Assembly: GCA_964016885.1 (NCBI GenBank)
Contig: OZ024749.1
Location: 35,526,001-35,590,000, forward strand
DNA from: Eledone cirrhosa
Taxonomy: Eukaryota
Direction of reading: 5' to 3'
DNA length: 64,000 nucleotides
Under the pieces are notes generated by a model. It saw only the letters and a program-made list of their open reading frames with translations, searched no databases and had not been told where the DNA came from. Below are positions 14,410 through 26,677 of the stretch, piece after piece. The position numbers were made by a program, and so were the translations under genes. Each line of letters starts with the position of its first letter. Positions within the stretch are counted from its first letter, which is position 1.

Positions 14410-15029
14410 CTAAAACACAAGACAGAAGAATTCTAGACATGAGTAGCAAAGGAAGAGCAACACAGGAATTCTAATATATGAAAAAGTGTATATATATATT
14501 TTTCAAATTATTAACTTTCAGCTGCTAGTATATATATATAATTAAAAGGTGTATGTGGGTTAGAAGCGAGGTCAATGTTAAGAAATATTTTACCAATGTA
14601 AATTGGTAAAATTGGCCGGTATAATGTCTCACACGAAATAGTGTGGTTTCTTTTCACGTGTGTGTATATGCATATGGTATGTATCTGTATATAAATCTGT
14701 GTGTATATTGTTGTTTATATGTTTTGTGGAGTACTTACTGCGATCCTTAAGGGACGTAGTAATTTGTTTTGTTTTTTTTCCTTTTTTCCCCGTCCATGTC
14801 CACACGTGGTTTGTTGGCGAAAATCAAGTGAAATTATATATACTTCGTTAAGATAATTCTATCTTGAAACTGGTACTAGTTGTCAGGGAACAGTGAAAGT
14901 AATTGTGATAATGAATATTGTAATCCATCTGACATGTGTTTAAAGGGCAGTTTTTGGTGAAAATATTATATTTTGTTCGGTCAAGACGTGGTCAAGCGAC
15001 CTTCCTTGTCGCCATGTATGTATGTATAT

Positions 15030-15450
15030 TAATGACTTTCGCAGACATTTTTTCACGCTCAGAGTTGCTGAAGCATGGAACAAACTGCCTGCGTCAATTG
15101 TTAGCTGCCGAGACACTGCATCCTTTAAGACACTCATGCTTCCCGAAATACGCCAAAACTACACCTGATGTGCCCCTTCCATACACATGCACACATGTGT
15201 GTATCATGACTCGTTTACTGTTCATTTTACTGATGTTTGTGCATTGCCCTATGTACTGTACATGCACTTTTTTGATGGGTTGTGGTGCACCTGGGGACTG
15301 TGCACAATATTTCATTATTGTTATTGTTATTATATCATGACTCATACACTGTTCATTTTCCTGACATTTGTACATTATTCTATGTACTATACATGCACCT
15401 TTGATGAGTTGTAGTGCACCTGAGCACTGTACACAATAATTTCATTATTA
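15030..15450 (+). mobile_element. CR1/L2-like LINE 3' end with duplicated 3' UTR
   Basis: FFTLRVAEAWNKLPASIVSCRDTASFK. The 3' UTR block is repeated (15215-15330 and 15345-15450), each copy ending in (ATT)n. Confidence 0.65.
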
Positions 15451-15476
15451 TTATTATATATATATATGTGTGTATA

Positions 15477-15507
<31 letters not shown>

Positions 15508-15906
15508 ATATTATGTATATTTTGAGTCATACACACAAAACTTTATAATGCTACCTTAGGTTTCATAGTTAGATACAGAGATATGTAGATATGTATATGT
15601 GCATGTGTATATATAAAACATCAAAACTAATTCATAACATTCTAAGATTTATATTGGAAAAAAATTATATTTCTTTATTTTTAAAAATATCAACTTAAAA
15701 ATTATTAAATAAATAATTCAATTATATTAAATAAAATGTTGAAAAATGCATAAGGCATTATTATTTTAAGGGCTGAAATATTTTTTTTTATTCATAAAAG
15801 TTAAAAGATTTAATTAATCCATACTTTAAAAAAATTCAAGATATAAAAATAACAAATACTAAATATTTTAAAAATGTAATTGAAATATAAAATCAAACAT
15901 TTTCCC

Positions 15907-15963
<57 letters not shown>

Positions 15964-16586
15964 GATAGAGAGAGAGAGATAGAGAAAATAGATAGATATT
16001 TATTATTAGCTCAGATTAAAAGTTTTAGCAAACATAATTTTTGCTTTCACCCTAAAGTGGGATCTTCTGAAAAAGTGTAAATTGATATATAGATAGCTAT
16101 ATAGAACTACACCTTTTAACTATATGTATCATCATCAACATCATCATCATCATCACCATTTAACGTCCATTTTTTCATGCTTTCATGGGTTAGATGGGTT
16201 ATCCACGTTATGATATAAGTTTGGCCAGTTGGCTGCACCGTACCTTGCTCAAACAGAACTGTACTGTGGTAGGGAGTTTTACAGCTGGATGTCATTCCTA
16301 ACACAAACCATGTTTACAGTGTGAAACTGGGTGGTCCTGTTATGAGCCAAGTTTGGCCAGATGGTCACGCCGTACCTTACACATATCTGGGACTGTATGT
16401 TGGCTGTATTTTTACGGCTGCTGGATGCCCTTCCTAACACCAACCATGTTTACAGATATATGTATATATATAAGTATATCCCAGGTTTAGTTGGGGGTAA
16501 CCACAGTAAGTAAGGTACTCAATACATAGCAGAGTATAATGATGATTTCCTTTGAGTGAAACAGTTCTAGTCCTGTAGAATCCATT

Positions 16587-16630
<44 letters not shown>

Positions 16631-17678
16631 AGATGTTGTAGCTTGCATGAAGCATTGTTTATAATATATAATGTGGAAAGTGATATAAGGCAAAATGGAT
16701 GGTAAGATGAAGGTAACAAAACAGTTAGTTACCTGGTAATCTTTGTTTTGTTTTGTTTTTGTTGCTGTTGTTTCTTTCTTGCTACGCATATGTATATGTA
16801 TGTATGTATGTATTAATGTATGTATATGTGTGTGTGTCTGTTTAGTGTTTAAAATATCTAAAAGCACAGAGGGAATTCGATCTGTGAGAAGAATCGTAAT
16901 GTGTGTTTTAAATTTCCACTGGAAATAACCATTTAATATATCTTTCATTATTTTGAGCTGATTATTATATATAATTGATTGAAAACACATCTTCAGCTTG
17001 TGCCACGATGCAAAGTAGTTTACAATTTACTATAAGCAGACTGTGTTTTGCATATATTAACAGTATATCATTGACTATATCAATTATATAACCTTCTAGT
17101 TATGTTACAAGATGAAATGATATATAATAAAAATGGAAGAGAAAAACATTCAATTGACATTCTGTTAGCATATCATACCACTCTTATCATACCATATAAC
17201 TGATATCATATTAGTGACAGACCATAACCACTGACATCATACCAGTGACATAGTAATGATATTCATTGCAAATTAAATAGAGAGAGACTAACATGCATAC
17301 CACTGACATGCCATGTTGATGACAATGGTATAGTAGTTGATAATATACATGCTAGAGTAAAAGATGGTTAGTCAATGGTATAACATGGATATATCTCTGG
17401 AATAGCACCAAAATACCAATGATATACCACTTTTCATTGACATACCATTGAGATGCCATTGTGAGCCATGCTGTATTATAAACATTTCATGTATTGCAAT
17501 GAGAGAATTGAGAGTAAAAAGTTGAGAGTTGAAAGGTGAGTGGGAAAGAGATAGATAGATAGATAGATAGACAGAGGGGGAGAGAGAGACAAGCAGATAG
17601 ATAGATAGATAGAGAGATAGATAGATAGATAGATAGATGTGTTTCTTTATTAGCCACAGGGGCACAAAAGAAGGAGAC

Positions 17679-17819
<141 letters not shown>

Positions 17820-18670
17820 CTGGTATATGTATATATATAGTGAGAGAGGGAGAGAGAGAGAGAGAGAGAACTATCAGCAATAAACTACAGCTAGACTTGT
17901 TGTTCACCTTCCTGTTTTCCATTTTGTTGGTTGCTGTTCTGCTTCTTCTCACTGTTGGTAATGTTGAAAAGAGTGCATGGTTCAAAATGTGTGTGTATAT
18001 ATATATGTATGTATAATATATATATATGAGTTTTCCAACATGAATGGACCTGTTATTTTTCTCTAAAAAATTTTTTTTACCATTTCTGCCTTACCCATCT
18101 CCTCACTTTTTCTATTTCTTCTTTAATTTCTCATTCTTTTGTCTGGTGAAGGACTAGTGACCGAAACGTTAAGACTCTCTTCCTGCTATTTCAAGCATTA
18201 AACTATGTTAAACTAATATATTCCTTCCATGTACTGTGCCATTTGTTTTGTAATCTTGTTATTTCTGTTTCCCTTATATATTTGAAAACAGCTGGTGATA
18301 TGCATGTAAGTAAATATTCTCTCTATCTGATAGTTTGTAAACTTACATAGATCAATAACTGAGTATAGATACAATGTATTATCACCATCTAGAAACGATT
18401 GTAAAGCAGTGAAGTATATCTCTAATGACTTGATTTTTTATTTCATTGTTTTAACTTATATATATATATCTGTTGCTTAAACCATTTTGTTTGTTCACCC
18501 TAACGTCCCCTTTATTTACGTGTCCCAACGACTTTTTTTAGCCGTTGTTCGCACCAACCTGAGGTATATGGCCCTTAAAGCGATGAAATGCCTAGGACGG
18601 TTGGAGGGTCACTGATGAAGGACTTACTTTTTCATATGTAACCCATTTGCAACGCCGGAGCTCCATTATT

Positions 18671-18727
<57 letters not shown>

Positions 18728-18733
<6 letters not shown>

Positions 18734-19255
18734 ATGATATTAATAAATGGAAACTATGTTAATTCTTTTTAAATTCATGTAAATACCAACTCTTCTTTCT
18801 TTCTCTTTCTTCTTCCTACACATACATATATATATCCTAATAATTATTTAAATCTACCTAGCGTCTAAAAATAACGTTTTTTTCAGCCCTATACCTCAAC
18901 CTCATTTGCATATTCATCTTAATAATTTGAAATATTTGACTTTTTCTCTCTTTCCCCTCTTTCCCTTTTACTATCCAGGAAAAACTTGAACTGTTAAGAT
19001 CTCCTTCCTGGATATGTTAATATTTATAAAACAAACATTGTATTTTATCTGATGAGAGCGTACCAAAGTTTTGGTACCCTTGAAATATATATAATAGAAT
19101 AAATATGGTTTTATAAATATAGTTTCCATTTATTAATATCATTGATATTATACTCCAGAAAACTTGTCGAGTGCTTTGACTCAGTTATAAATATATATAT
19201 TTGTTGAATTACCAACAAATTAAATATCCCTTTTGCTTTTATATATATATATATA
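18728..19255 (+). mobile_element. Family A HHR element, diverged copy with a short inverted arm
   Basis: 18728-18757 is inverted relative to about 19119-19149. HHR at 19041. Shares the family tail (tactcc...ttgtcgagtgcttt...cagttataaata). (TA)n on both sides. Confidence 0.65.
19041..19101 (+). ncRNA. Type I hammerhead ribozyme motif, family A
   Basis: TATTTTAT-CTGATGA-GAGCGTACCAA agtt TTGGTACCCTT-GAAA-TATATA-TA-ATAGAATA. Intact core, 8-bp stem I, long stem II, self-complementary stem III (ATATATAT), AUA cleavage triplet. Confidence 0.8.
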
Positions 19256-19574
19256 GCAGTGATTTGAACTCTTGTTCTGATTGTCAGCAAAGTGGGTCAG
19301 TGTGACCACACATGCTGACTCCTGGATAACATCATGTTTATTTTCCCTTTGTTTCGAACTGTCTTCAGCTTGTCTGTAGAAAACATTCAACTAAGGCCAT
19401 TGGCAGTTTATTTAAAAACCAGTTTAATCATGAAAATATCAGTTATCTGAAAATCATCACGATATGGTAACAAAAAGTTTAAGTGAAGTGAAATAGTGAC
19501 AACTAGGACGGGAAACTATCATAATGAGTTGATCTTTACAAATTCCCAGCCAATAAATTTCTTGTAGTTCTTCT

Positions 19575-20235
19575 CAGAGCTGGTGCCTAGATATTTAGCA
19601 GCCTAAGTTAGACCAGCAATGTGTACCCAGGTATTTAGCAACTTAGTCTAACCTTACATGGTGTGCCAGAGTATTTAGCACCTTAGGTTAGCTCTAAAAT
19701 GTGTACCTGGGTATTTAACACCCTAGGTTAGCTCTATAATGTGTCCTGGGCCTGGGTATTTAACACCCTAGGTTAGCTCTACAATGTGTAGCTGGGTATT
19801 TAGCACTCTAGCTTAGCTGTCTAATGTGTGCACCTTTTCTCCCATTTATGAACTTCATTCTCCCAAATAAAATAATTACAACTTATAGTTTGGGTAAGCT
19901 GATGAACCTAGTTTTTGACAATTCTTGCTCTGACCACGTAAGAAAATTACCAAGCCTGCATTTTCTACTACACTGTCCACACACACCTATGCCAAATCAT
20001 GTGACAGTTCATAACACAGTACAACCTTCTCCACTACTTTGGATATTTACACAATGCTACTACACTGCAAAAATGTTTGGCAATTTATTCATTGATCATT
20101 AGAAATTATTATACATTTAATTTAATTATATAAATTTGTATAAAACTGTGATTTTTTAAGGTTTAGTAACGTAGCTCTTTGAGGTCTGTGCCCTTGACAG
20201 CTGCCTAGTTGGCCTTAATAGTAGTGTCGGTCCTG
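19575..20235. mobile_element. hAT-like MITE with internal ~40-bp tandem repeat (related copy at about 22625-22930)
   Basis: Degenerate TIRs cagagctggtgc and gtgtcggtcctg. 8-bp flanks gttcttct and gttcctct match 7/8, consistent with a hAT target-site duplication. Confidence 0.65.
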
Positions 20236-20506
20236 GTTCCTCTCCAACATCTTCATATGTTGTTAGAATACACAAATATATGATGGATCCAGTGAAGGTT
20301 ATATTGACTCACTGATATTTGCAATAACTTAATTACCACTAATTAGCTATAGCAGGATTCTATGCTGCTAATTAATAATGGGTATTCGCTCCCCCCTCCC
20401 CATGATGGCATCTTCACACACGAAATACAACATGCAAAGAATTTTGTCACCAAATCAATACATTTTTGTAATTTTATATATTTTAGTTGTATTGTAGCAT
20501 TGCTTC

Positions 20507-20955
20507 GGAATATGGTAAATCATGTAAGTATTAGATAAGTGTAAAAAACTACAGTTATGGAATATGGTAAATCATGTAAGTATTAGATAAGTGTAAAAAA
20601 CTACAGTTATGGAATATGGTAAAGCATATAAGTGTTAGATAAGTGTAAAAAAAAACTACAGTTATGGAATATGTTAAATCATGTAAGTGATAGATAAATG
20701 TGGGGGAACTGCAGTTATAGTAAAGTGTGTAAGCGTTAGATAAGTGTAAAAAAGCTACAGTTATGGAATATGGTAAAGTAAGTGTTAGATAATTGTAGAA
20801 AAGCTACAATTATTGAATATGATAAAGCATGTAAGTCTTAGATAAGTGTAAAAAAAACTACAGTTATGAAATATGTTAAAGTGTGTAAGTGTTAGATAAG
20901 AGTAAAAAAAGCTACAGTTATGGAATATGGTAAAGTGTGTAAGTGTTAGATATAT
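20507..20955. repeat. 52-bp tandem repeat
   Basis: ggaatatggtaaatcatgtaagtattagataagtgtaaaaaactacagttat, about 8 copies. Confidence 0.9.
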
Positions 20956-21664
20956 TGGTGTTGAGTAACTGTTAAAAATAAGGAAAAGAAAAGGAGCTGA
21001 TTGTCAGATCAGACCAAGGACGAAATGTTTTCATTGATCTTTTCATTGTTCATTCTATCTGTTGGCTGCAACTGATTATTATCATCACCAACATCCTCTT
21101 CGTCATCAACATCATCACCATCATCATTCTCATTATCATAATCATCATTATCATCATGACATTATCATCATGACCTCATCATCATGGTTGTCATCATCAT
21201 CATCATCATCATCCATGATATCATCATCATGGCTATCAACATCATCATCACAATCATCATCAATATATATTGCATTAAATTATGTTACAGCAATTCTACA
21301 CTACGTTTCTAAATATAAGTCAGAATTATAACAGAGTTTGGGTATAATTACCAAATGTATATATATGTATATTGATATATATGTATATGTGTATGAGTTT
21401 GTAAACTTGCACTACTATAAAATATACACAATATATATACATAAATTGAAGCAGAAATAGAAGGCTTGATAACAGGATGTATAAATTCACTGAATGGAAA
21501 AAGATGGGTACCACCCCACATGTGTACTGACACCCATATTGTTCCATTCACTGGGTTTATATGTCCCATTATTAAGACTATATTATTTAGTCAAGTGTTA
21601 CAGTGAAGCCTTCTATATCTACTTCAATTTTCAAACTTCGCTTGATGCTTTGTAAACATACTTC

Positions 21665-21729
<65 letters not shown>

Positions 21730-21855
21730 AAGTTTTATTTAAATTGTTGGGTTACAACGAGTAAATATTTATAACTGATATAAAAGCACTCAACAAGTAT
21801 TTGGAGTATATTTACGATATTAAATAAATGGAAACTATATTTATAAAACCATATT

Positions 21856-21921
21856 TATTTCATTATATATATTTCAGGGATATCATATTAAAAATATGCT
21901 ATGCCTTCTTCAGACAAAATA
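21856..21921 (-). ncRNA. Type I hammerhead ribozyme motif, family A (left arm, sense to the bves pre-mRNA)
   Basis: Exact reverse complement of 22077-22142. Confidence 0.8.
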
Positions 21922-22076
21922 CAATATAAACAGTCTTATAAATAGATAGATTCGACATACCTTTCAACTTCAACTTCCATTTGAAAAGTTGATTTGACTA
22001 CCAAATCAACTTTTCAAATGGAAGTTGAAGTTGAAAGGTATGTCGAATCTATCTATTTATAAGACTGTTTATATTG

Positions 22077-22142
22077 TATTTTGTCTGAAGAAGGCATAGC
22101 ATATTTTTAATATGATATCCCTGAAATATATATAATGAAATA
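22077..22142 (+). ncRNA. Type I hammerhead ribozyme motif, family A (right arm of palindrome)
   Basis: TATTTTGT-CTGAAGA-AGGCATAGCATATT ttt AATATGATATCCCT-GAAA-TATATA-TA-ATGAAATA. Confidence 0.8.
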
Positions 22143-22268
22143 AATATGGTTTTATAAATATAGTTTCCATTTATTTAATATCGTAAATATACTCCAAATA
22201 CTTGTTGAGTGCTTTTATATCAGTTATAAATATTTACTCGTTGTAACCCAACAATTTAAATAAAACTT

Positions 22269-22327
<59 letters not shown>

Positions 22328-22372
22328 CCTAGTGGAAAATATGTGACCTTGTCTGAAATTGAAGCTACTTAC

Positions 22373-22550
22373 CTATGTCTTCGTCATCATTACCGTTCTG
22401 CAGACATGTAGTCCCAGGGATACCAGAAACTGATTCTTGAACTGATTGGTTGATTCCAGCAATGGTCTTCCTGATATCTCGGCCAGAATGGATTGAGGAA
22501 GAAATACTGGGCAGACGTATGTCCATTCTTGAACCTTGTGGTGTCAGCAC
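22373..22550 (-). CDS. bves: BVES/POPDC-like coding exon 6 (C-terminal tail with DIRLPS motif)
   Basis: aatttag|GTG gives VLTPQGSRMDIRLPSISSSIHSGRDIRKTIAG...NDDEDI. Donor G|GTAAGT, phase 1. Confidence 0.9.
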
Positions 22551-23089
22551 CTAAATTGGGTCAAACAAATATTGAAACAAAACGCTCTTATTTGGAGGAA
22601 GAGATGGAGGTTCTTGTGTTAGTAGGACCAAAACTGACCCCTGGCTATTTAGTGTCTTTTGATACCTCTTCCTTTGACCACACTAAGAAAATTACTAAGC
22701 CTGCATTTTCTACTACACAGTCCACACTCCCCAACATTAAATCATGTGACAAGTCAGAATACCACATGACCCTCTCCACCACTTTGGATATATCCATAAC
22801 ACTGTTATGTAACAAAGATGTTTAGTGATTTATTTATCAATTACAGGTTAATTATACAGTGATCTTTTAAGGTTTAGTAATGCACCTCTATACAGCTGCC
22901 TAGATGATCTAATGCTAACATCAGCCATGAGTTTACCCAAATTCAAATTACAAAGTTTGAGTTGACCTGAGGATATCATAAAAGACATCTGCCAAGATGT
23001 AACACAGTGGGATCAAACCCAAGATCTCTGATTGCAAACTTTTTAATCATTTAATTATCCAACCATGCCTGTGTCCTTCAGGAAAAATA

Positions 23090-23722
23090 GAGTGAAGCTG
23101 ATCATCAGATTGGACCAAGGAAACAATGTTTCCATTGGTCTTTTCATTGATGACACTATCTGCTGGTCACAGCTCCTGACAGAAGAGACAGAAAAAAGGA
23201 GCTAATCACTTGATCAGACCAAAGGAATGTTTCCATTAATATTTTCATTGTTGACACCATCTGCTTATCACAACTGACAAAAGAAAGGAATTGCTCATTA
23301 GATCAAACCTAGGAAACAATGTTTCCATTGATCTTTCCATTGCTGATGCCATCTGCCTATCACAACACCTGGCAGAAGAAAGAAGTTGATCATCAGATTG
23401 AACCAAATAAATTATGTTCCAATTGCTCTTTCCATTGCTGATACTATCTGCCTATCACATCACTTAACTGAAGGAGAAAAGAATTGATCATCAGATTGAA
23501 CCAAATAAATTATGTTCCAATTGCTCTTTCCATTGCTGATACTATCTGCCTATCACATCACTTAACTGAAGGAGAAAAGAATTGATCATCAGATTGAACC
23601 AAAGAAACTATGTTCCCATTGCTGATGCTATCTGCTTGTCACAACACTTGACAGATGAAAGTTGATCATCAGATTGAACCAAAGAAACTGTTTCCATTGC
23701 TGATACTTATCTGTTGATCACA
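23090..23722. repeat. Imperfect ~90-115-bp tandem repeat in intron 5
   Basis: gatcatcagattgaaccaa...tttccattgctgat.ctatctgc, about 7 copies. Confidence 0.85.
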
Positions 23723-24076
23723 ACTCAAACTAAAGTATATTATTCAAGAACACATGTGCTACCTTGTCCCGGAATGAAACTCAAAATCTTTTCATTATTA
23801 TGTTACCACCTCCAACCACTAGACAATGTGCCCACTTGTGATAGACTCACACTCATATCCAGGAGGACATTTCCCCCTCATCTTATTGATGCTACAGAAA
23901 CTGCAATTAACACTGATTAATCTTGTGAATTCCTTGGAGATATTAAAAGATTAGCTTCAGTTGTTTAATTATTCTACAAGTGTTTCCATGGAAACTGATT
24001 AGTAATGAAGTCTGACTAATTATTTCACAGTAAACCAATTAATAAATGTTGTAATGACTGCTACAGTTAGACTCAC

Positions 24077-24229
24077 CTTTTCATTTAGAGCGTATAATTT
24101 ATTCGTGATGTCACGGCCAAATATGAGACAAAGCACTGTAGCCAGGTAAGGTTCTTTGATCATTAAATATTCTAAACTGTGGCGTGACCAGAAAATATAA
24201 CGACATGTGGTGTCAGCAACTATAGAGAC
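24077..24229 (-). CDS. bves: BVES/POPDC-like coding exon 5 (end of Popeye domain)
   Basis: tttcag|GTC gives VSIVADTTCRYIFWSRHSLEYLMIKEPYLATVLCLIFGRDITNKLYALNEK, with the conserved CRY..W and G.DIT.KLY motifs. Donor AAG|GTGAGT, 153 nt. Confidence 0.95.
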
Positions 24230-24247
24230 CTGAAATAGAGATAGAGT

Positions 24248-24289
<42 letters not shown>

Positions 24290-24403
24290 GACAGAGAGAA
24301 AGGGAAGAGATAACGAAAGGGGGGACAGAAAGAGAGAGAGAGAGGGAATAGATAAAGAGAGCAAGAGAATATAATAAACACACACACACACATAAATATA
24401 TAT

Positions 24404-24484
<81 letters not shown>

Positions 24485-24612
24485 AGATAGAGAGAGAGAG
24501 GGGGGAGGGAGAAGGAGAGAGAAAGAGACTACATTACAGACATACACTTATATATATATTGAGAGAGAGAGAGAAAGAGAGAGAGAATGAGGGGGATTCA
24601 GTTCGAACGTAC

Positions 24613-24718
24613 CTGGTACTTCTCTTCACCGGACACACTTGACTCAAATTCCGGAGTGTCAATAAACTGTCCTTGACAGATATGATGGAGGAAGTTCCTG
24701 CTACTGTATACACTGAGC
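24613..24718 (-). CDS. bves: BVES/POPDC-like coding exon 4 (cAMP phosphate-binding cassette)
   Basis: aatccag|G gives (M)LSVYSSRNFLHHICQGQFIDTPEFESSVSGEEKYQ, matching the FLH.I...F(L/I)DSPE(F/W) Popeye signature. Donor CAG|GTACGT. Confidence 0.93.
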
Positions 24719-25881
24719 CTGGATTACAGACATAGTATTGTGAGGGCATGTGATTGTGGGTGGGCAACATGTTGGAGGAGAGAACAGGTGACAAGGTGGG
24801 TAACACATGTGGCACAATTGGGGACAGAACAGATGACATGGCGGGTGATAGAACATGTGGCATGGAGAACAGAATGTGTTACATTGGGTGGACAGAACAT
24901 GTGGCATACCAGGTGCTGCATGTGGTATAATGGGTTTACAAGGTAGAGGACATAGTGAGGATATGAGGGAGGTGGTACACCATGTTGAATAATGGAGGAT
25001 ATGGTGGGGAACATGTTGGATGGCAAAACATGTGGTATAGTTTGGGCTAGAATAAGGGGACGTGGTAGAAAACACATCAAATGAAATGATAGGAAGTACA
25101 TCAAATGTTCATGTTGATTTTGTTAAGCCACAGGTCAGCTCTGATTGAGTTGACCTATGATCAAATATGCCATGACCATCTGTTTTATTCATGTGTCATG
25201 TAGCTAAGACTATATCACAATCATACTTGTCTGTCTGTCTGATAAGAGACATACAGATATACATGTTAATATATATGTTTACATACATATAGATATACAT
25301 TTAAGAGACAGATATAGATCTTAACAGATGTACAAATGCATACACACACATGCATACACACACACATATATATACACACACACATATATACATGTTAATA
25401 TATATGTTTACATACATATAGATATACATTTAAGAGACAGATATAGATCTTAACAGATGTACAAATGCATTCACACACATGCATATACACACACACATAT
25501 ATATATACACACACATATATATATACACACACATATATATATACACACACACAAACACACACACACACACACACATATATATACATATAAACATAAGCAT
25601 ATATGTATGTACATATAGTCCACGCTGTAATGTGGCCATGTAGGCAACACGGTAAAAACCTCCCAGCCCCACACTGTAAATGTGGTTGGTGTTAGGAAGG
25701 GCATCCAGCTGTAGAAAACCCGCCAGACAGTCCTATGCGAGCAAGACAATCACTCTTGCCTCAAGTGGGAAAACCCCTGTCCAAACCCATGCAAGCGTGG
25801 AACACGGACGTTAAACGTTGATGATGATGATGATGATGATATATGAATGATAAAGGAATGAATATGATTTGTGTTACTTAC

Positions 25882-26004
25882 ATTCCAGATATTAGTAAAC
25901 CCAACTTGTCTGTCTTCGTGATAGACTGTGTTGCATAACACTCACCTTGGTACAGAGTCATAAGAGTGCAGTAATCTGCATGTGTTAGTTTTTTGAACAG
26001 TGAT
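25882..26004 (-). CDS. bves: BVES/POPDC-like coding exon 3 (Popeye domain)
   Basis: ctatttcag|A gives (R)SLFKKLTHADYCTLMTLYQGECYATQSITKTDKLGLLISG(M). Donor AT|GTAAGT. 123 nt, phase 2 in and out. Not in the ORF track. Confidence 0.93.
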
Positions 26005-26495
26005 CTGAAATAGAAGGAACATAACAGTGTGGTCTATGTATGTTAGAACAATGCTACATTCACTTTCTGACCTCTAAACACTGACCTCTTAACCAGTATA
26101 TACTATTCCTATGACCTCTAGCCTCTGGCTGTTTAAATATCTAAATATTTTAGATGACTTTTTGTTATTAGAATTATAATTTTCTAGACTTTTCACATCA
26201 TATTTAGTGTGTACATCTATACAATATTTAGTGTATGTTTGTATGTATGTATGTTTGTGCGTATATGTGTGTATGTGTGTGTGTGTGTATGTATGCATGT
26301 AAGTATATGTGTATTTATGTATACATGTATGTAAGCATGTAGCCATTTTCAGTTGAGAGAACTGGAGCAATGTGAAATGAAGTTTCTTGTTCAAGGATAC
26401 AATGTGTCACCTGGTTTGGGAATCGAACCCACAACCTCATGATCATAAGCTCACCACACAATCCACTAGGCCACAGGCATTTACACTGATAAATA

Positions 26496-26677
26496 ATTGT
26501 TTCTACTTTTGGCACAAGGCCAGCAATTACTCAGTGTATTACTGGTACTTTATTTTATCGACCCCGTAAGGATGAAAGGCAAAGTTAACCTCGGCGGGAT
26601 TTGAACTCAGAATAGCAAGGGCCGTAACTCTATACATCAAAGCATGGCGTCTGACCCTCTACCGATACTGCCAATCC
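26496..26677 (-). mobile_element. Meta-type SINE
   Basis: Reverse complement of the 1484 family. Confidence 0.8.

Larger units (their letters stand above)
21727..22271. repeat. Perfect palindrome, 270-bp arms, 5-nt loop, flanked by (TA)n
   Basis: 21727-21996 is the reverse complement of 22002-22271. Loop actac. Confidence 0.95.

Noticed and set aside
19930-22930. Segmental duplication of the exon 6 region
   Set aside because: The similarity between about 19930-20220 and 22676-22930 is explained by two copies of a hAT-like MITE. No duplicated exon is visible.
24534-24863. ORF-track translation over exon 4 (GSVYTVAGTSS...)
   Set aside because: Wrong frame. The Popeye motif FLHHI...FIDTPEF is in another frame that matches the splice phases.
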